NCBI GenBank assembly: GCA_009782215.1
Contig: WRKO01000002.1
Span: forward strand, 111,850-175,849
Direction: 5' to 3'
Length of the DNA stretch: 64,000 nt
Origin: Oscillospiraceae bacterium
GTDB lineage: Bacteria > Bacillota > Clostridia > Oscillospirales > UBA929
Positions 60,026-64,000 of the stretch are shown here, one piece after another. A program made the translations under genes and the position numbers. The notes under the pieces were generated by a model, which worked only from the letters and a program-made list of their open reading frames with translations, did no database searches and had not been told where the DNA came from. Position 1 is the first letter of the stretch. Each line of letters opens with the position of its first letter.

Positions 60026-63000
60026 CGTATCACCTCATAGGGGCGCGGCGTGTCAACCGCGCCGTCAAAATGGCAAGCCGCCCAAAATCCGCACCGGGCG
60101 CAGGGCGATTCTCGCAGCTTGAGCGGCGCGGCGGCAAGGCTCCCGGAGGCGACGGCTTGCGCCATCTCGCGTACCAACCGGCCGATATGCTTCTGCAAAT
60201 CACCCATCCCGTCAGGGGAAACGACGGACGCCCTTTTGGAAATCGAGCCGTCCAGATTGAACCAAACGGGCATCATCCCACCCCCCGGCCTGTCGTCCAT
60301 AGCTTTCAGCAGTTCGCTGTCATCAAGGAGCAGGCCGCTGTGTTTTGCGCCGGGATCCGTCAGCAAATCCCGCGTTTTCACATACAGAACCCCCGCCGCT
60401 TCCGCCTTCTCCACACCGAAGCGTTCCCGCGCCTGCTTACGCAGCAGGAAAAGATACAGCGGCATCTGGGCGCTCAGTCCATTGCGCACGTCGCTCAAAG
60501 AAAACTCCTTGCCGCCCGTTTTGTAGTCGATCACCCTCAAATAGAGGGTATCGCCTTTCCGATAGCCGTCAACGCGGTCGGCAACGCCCCGCAGCTTATA
60601 CGCCGAAGGCGCGTCCTCCGCCGTCCCGCGCAGCGGCGTCTCGTCCCCCTCGACAAAAAGCTCAAACCCCAGCGGGCAAAACCGCGAGTGGATAAACTCG
60701 TCCCACAATCGCCCAGCCAGAATGGAAGCTACACGGGTAAGCCTTGCGCCCTGCGCCATCAGACGGGGCGTACCCATATTCCCGCGCCGCAGCAGAACTT
60801 CCATCCGCTCTTTTGCCTCCCGCTCGGCAAACAGGGTCAGCTCTTCCCGCGATACGGCGGCAACCCCGCCCCGCTCAAGCGCATACTTCGCGCATCGTTC
60901 CAGCAGAATGTGCAGTTCTCGCCCCACGTCCAAGGGCGTGAACCCCGGCTCGGGGCGAACCTCCGCGCGTAGCCCGTAACGGCAGAAATAAGCAAAGGGA
61001 CAGAGGGAATAGGCCTCCACCCTCGAAGCCGACAGATGGAGTGTTTTCCCGTAAAGGGCGGCGGTATTCCTCCCGGATAAAGGCGCTCTGGAAATGGGAA
61101 CCGGCAGCAGCGGCAGGGCCGGCGGCGGCACCGGCCTGACCTGAAGGCCGAACATTCCGGCCAGTCTGTCCACAATCTCCGCGCGCCCGTCCTCATCCCC
61201 TTTGCCGCCCTGCGTTTGAGGGTATGTAAGGATGAGTTTTTCACCCGGCAAGGTGCAGGCGGTATACAGATTGTATAATTCCCTCTTAATCCGCGCCGGG
61301 GGGTCGGGCGGGAGTTCGCATCCAATCCCGGCAAGCGCTTCGCGTTCCTCCGCTGAAAGCATCCCCTCGCCGCCCGTCCGTGCCGGAACCTTCTCCTGCG
61401 ACGCGCCGATATAAACGACGGCGCGGAACGGTAGCCGCGGGTAGCGGCTCTGGTCGCCGGTATGCACACGGTCGAGCGAGGCGGGGATGCTTCCGACGCT
61501 GTACCCCGACAAAACCAACAGGCACAGCTCGCAAAACTCCTGCGCCTCCATCGGCTCGTCTTGCAGAAACCCTACGCACTGATCAAGGCTTTTTGTCAGC
61601 AATTCCCACATCTGGGCACATTCATTGGCGAGCTTGCCTTCGTCTGCCGCCGCCAGCGCCTCCGTCCGCGCCGCGATTCCCTCCGGGATTCCCAAGTCGC
61701 TCAGCGTCCGCAAAAGCGCCGCCGCGCACTGACGGGCGGTCTTCCCCGAAGAAAGCTGCTTAACGGCGCGCGAAATTCGCTTTCGCAGGGCGTTGAGCCC
61801 TGCCAATTCTGACAATTCCTTTTCCGTCGGCTCGCCATGCCAGCCGCTGATGGGCCGTGTCCAGTCGGTTTGCCCGGAAAAGCGTCCCCAGCGAGGATTC
61901 CAGCGGCGCAGATAGCCGTCCATCAGGTCGGCGGCGGCGAGCGGAACCGGCAGCAGCCCGGAGCGCAAAAGGCGCATCACGTCGTCGGCGCGGTAGCCGT
62001 ACCGCAGACAGTTGGCGGCGGCGCGGATACAGCGCGAAAGCGGTTTTTGCGCCATATCGTCCATCATATCGGAGAACACAGGAATATGGTATTGCGGGAA
62101 AATGGCCTCGATTAACGGCGCGTAGGCCTGATAATCGGACGCGATGACGGCAATCTCCCGCCATCGAAACCCAAAATCCCTCGCCAGCGCAACAACGCGC
62201 TCTGCGGCCAGCCGCACCTCCGCCGCTTCTCCCGGCGCCGCGTATAGCTCTATAACCCCCTCCGCGCCGCCTTGAAACGCCGCCGGTTTACGGTCAAACC
62301 AATGCTTTTCCATATGGCGCAGCGCGGGGGCGCGGCTCAAATCGGGATTGTCTATCGTCATATGCTTCTGCGTAAACCGCCGCGCGGTTTCGTGCAGAGG
62401 CGCAAAGCCCGGCTCCTCCGCCCCGCCGCGCATAAAAAGGGTAAACGACGACGCGCCGTCGGCCAGCCGTTTCAGTAAGAGCCGCTCCTGCGGCGTAAAC
62501 GAGGTAAAATGGCTGACATAAATATGCGTGTTCGCGCAAACGCGGGCGTCCTTGGCTTTTTCCCATGCCAGCGTCACCCTGTCGCGGGGATCCATCTGCC
62601 CCCCCTCGCAAAGCAAATCATACGCCGAGAAAATCAGCGCGAGATCCCTCAGCTTATGCCCGCCCGCCTGCTCCAAATGCTGCGGTGTGATACCGTAGCG
62701 CTTACACTCGTCCAAGGTTTGTATCAACCCGGGTAAGAACCCGGGCTTTGCCGCGAAAGCGTTGAGCGTTTTCAGCCGTCCTGCCGCCGCGCGCACAGCG
62801 CGCCGCATGACCAGCAGCCGCCCGCCCGCATCCAGCGCCCCGGACGCCAAGCCCCCGCCCGAAGCAAGAATACGGTCGCACAGCCGCCCGAAAGTCAAAA
62901 CCTCCGCCATCAGGCAAATTGGAGCCCCGCCCTTCTCCGCCAAAAGGCGCTCCGTCGCGTGGGAATAAGGCTCCGGGACAATCCAGACGCACCGTTCTCC

Positions 63001-63078
63001 CCGCGCCGCGTTTTCCAAAAGGGCAGACAGCAGAGCTTCCTCCCCACCCCGCCCCGCGCGCGACCATACAACCCTCAT
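60022..63078 (-). CDS. addB: ATP-dependent helicase/nuclease subunit AddB (RexB)
   Basis: 1018 aa, overlapping addA by 4 nt. C-terminal nuclease region (RVIDYKTGG) and Fe-S cysteines (CPFAYFC ... CARCGFWAAC). Confidence 0.88.
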   Translation of the reverse strand: MRVVWSRAGRGGEEALLSALLENAARGERCVWIVPEPYSHATERLLAEKGGAPICLMAEVLTFGRLCDRILASGGGLASGALDAGGRLLVMRRAVRAAAGRLKTLNAFAAKPGFLPGLIQTLDECKRYGITPQHLEQAGGHKLRDLALIFSAYDLLCEGGQMDPRDRVTLAWEKAKDARVCANTHIYVSHFTSFTPQERLLLKRLADGASSFTLFMRGGAEEPGFAPLHETARRFTQKHMTIDNPDLSRAPALRHMEKHWFDRKPAAFQGGAEGVIELYAAPGEAAEVRLAAERVVALARDFGFRWREIAVIASDYQAYAPLIEAIFPQYHIPVFSDMMDDMAQKPLSRCIRAAANCLRYGYRADDVMRLLRSGLLPVPLAAADLMDGYLRRWNPRWGRFSGQTDWTRPISGWHGEPTEKELSELAGLNALRKRISRAVKQLSSGKTARQCAAALLRTLSDLGIPEGIAARTEALAAADEGKLANECAQMWELLTKSLDQCVGFLQDEPMEAQEFCELCLLVLSGYSVGSIPASLDRVHTGDQSRYPRLPFRAVVYIGASQEKVPARTGGEGMLSAEEREALAGIGCELPPDPPARIKRELYNLYTACTLPGEKLILTYPQTQGGKGDEDGRAEIVDRLAGMFGLQVRPVPPPALPLLPVPISRAPLSGRNTAALYGKTLHLSASRVEAYSLCPFAYFCRYGLRAEVRPEPGFTPLDVGRELHILLERCAKYALERGGVAAVSREELTLFAEREAKERMEVLLRRGNMGTPRLMAQGARLTRVASILAGRLWDEFIHSRFCPLGFELFVEGDETPLRGTAEDAPSAYKLRGVADRVDGYRKGDTLYLRVIDYKTGGKEFSLSDVRNGLSAQMPLYLFLLRKQARERFGVEKAEAAGVLYVKTRDLLTDPGAKHSGLLLDDSELLKAMDDRPGGGMMPVWFNLDGSISKRASVVSPDGMGDLQKHIGRLVREMAQAVASGSLAAAPLKLRESPCARCGFWAACHFDGAVDTPRPYEVIR

Positions 63079-63080
63079 GC

Positions 63081-63950
63081 TCAGTACCCCGCGAAAAAGT
63101 CGACCGTATTGTATAGCCGTTTTCCCGCGACATACCGCGTCAGCAAATCGAAAAACAAGTCAAAGCAACGCTCGCTGTTGAGCGGGGATATCCCCGAGCA
63201 ATGCGGCGTGATAAACACATTTTCCATCTCCCACAAAGGGCTGTCCGGCGGCAGCGGCTCCGTTTCAAAAACATCCAGCGCCGCGCCCGCAATCCGTCCG
63301 TGTTTCAGCGCGTCAATCAAATCGGACTCTGCCACGGCGGAGCCTCGCCCCACGTTGATAAATACAGCGCCCGGACGCATTTTGTCAAAAACGCCTCTGT
63401 GAAAAGCCCCCTCTGTTTCGCGGGTAGACGGCAGGCAGCTTACAATGATGTCGGCGTCCCGCACCGCCTCCGGCAGACGGCTGAGACTGTAGACCTCGGC
63501 AAATCCGGGCGGAATATCATGGACGACCTTCCGCACGCCCAGCACCCTGCACCCCAAAACGCGGAACTTTTCCGCCGCCCGGCGCCCGATATCGCCCATT
63601 CCGCATATCAAAACCGTCGAGCCGGACAGCTCCCGCATATCTGGGCAAACCTTCCAGCGGCGCTCCGCCTGCCGCCGGATATAAAAGGGAAACTGTCTCA
63701 GCAGGGCCAGAGCCATGCCCAGCACATGTTCGGCAATCGCCGCCCCGTACACCCCGCTTGAGTTTGTCAGGGTGACCGAACGGTTCCCGTAAAGCGTCAA
63801 ATCCCCAAACGGCTCAATCCCCGCGCTGGGCAGGTGGTGCCATTTCAAATTCACTGCCGCGCTCAAAATTTCCGGCGGCGGATGCCCGTAAAGCACCTCA
63901 CAGCCGCGCAGCATATCAGCCGTAAGGCTCTCCCGCTCCACAAACCGCAA
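63081..63950 (-). CDS. D-isomer-specific 2-hydroxyacid dehydrogenase family protein (N-terminus may extend further upstream)
   Basis: NAD-binding ICGMGDIGRRAAEKF plus the catalytic R/E/H pattern (INVGRG, E, TPHCSG). The frame stays open upstream of 63950, so the true start is uncertain. Confidence 0.82.
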   Translation of the reverse strand: MRFVERESLTADMLRGCEVLYGHPPPEILSAAVNLKWHHLPSAGIEPFGDLTLYGNRSVTLTNSSGVYGAAIAEHVLGMALALLRQFPFYIRRQAERRWKVCPDMRELSGSTVLICGMGDIGRRAAEKFRVLGCRVLGVRKVVHDIPPGFAEVYSLSRLPEAVRDADIIVSCLPSTRETEGAFHRGVFDKMRPGAVFINVGRGSAVAESDLIDALKHGRIAGAALDVFETEPLPPDSPLWEMENVFITPHCSGISPLNSERCFDLFFDLLTRYVAGKRLYNTVDFFAGY

Positions 63951-64000
63951 TGTCAGTCGCGGCGCCGCCTCCTTAACCCTGAGCAGCCGCGCCGGCCCGG

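Overview
High-GC (roughly 60%) Firmicutes/Clostridia-type chromosomal DNA; the lineage call (flagellated, spore-forming, Oscillospirales-like) is an inference from protein sequences and gene order. Gene density is high and most long antisense ORFs in the track are GC-driven artefacts. Layout: (i) 11-14783, minus strand, the distal part of a fla/che-type flagellar operon (fliK-flgD-flgE-flbD-motA-motB-fliL-fliM-fliY-cheY-fliO-fliP-fliQ-fliR-flhB-flhA). (ii) 14.9-15.9 kb, a BspA-type LRR lipoprotein and a small XRE regulator. (iii) 15.9-40.3 kb, the standout region described below. (iv) 40.3-64 kb, housekeeping and accessory genes: deoxyinosine glycosylase, thrS, an HD protein, a sugar isomerase plus araD, an OmpR-type two-component system, comEB, an M19 dipeptidase, htrA, ychF, a CBS protein, addAB and a 2-hydroxyacid dehydrogenase. 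Main finding: the sporulation regulator gene spoVT is split at codons G31-D32-P33. Its 5' part (own RBS, sigma-G-like promoter) lies at 40089-40187 on the plus strand. Its 3' part (codons 34-180, own terminator) lies at 16387-15944 on the minus strand, fused in frame to the end of a large serine recombinase ORF. Both break points carry the same 8-bp core GGCGACCC, in inverted orientation. The two non-spoVT arms are imperfect inverted repeats of each other, so the sites look like attL/attR hybrids. Recombination should therefore invert, not excise, about 23.8 kb, rebuilding intact spoVT plus an attP-like site. The invertible segment carries an accessory block (Mrr, two LytTR/GHKL two-component pairs, a 925-aa secreted protein) and also essential genes (rpsL-rpsG-fusA-tuf, tRNA-Ser, secG, groES-groEL). 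Lesser observations: a 217-bp ~93% identical inverted repeat inside the two LytTR regulator genes, non-canonical S12 residues at streptomycin-resistance positions, a decayed sigma/anti-sigma pair, a 107-aa proline-rich insert in FliY, and a flagellar operon that starts at fliK behind a sigma-D-like promoter. No rRNA, CRISPR array or phage structural genes were seen.
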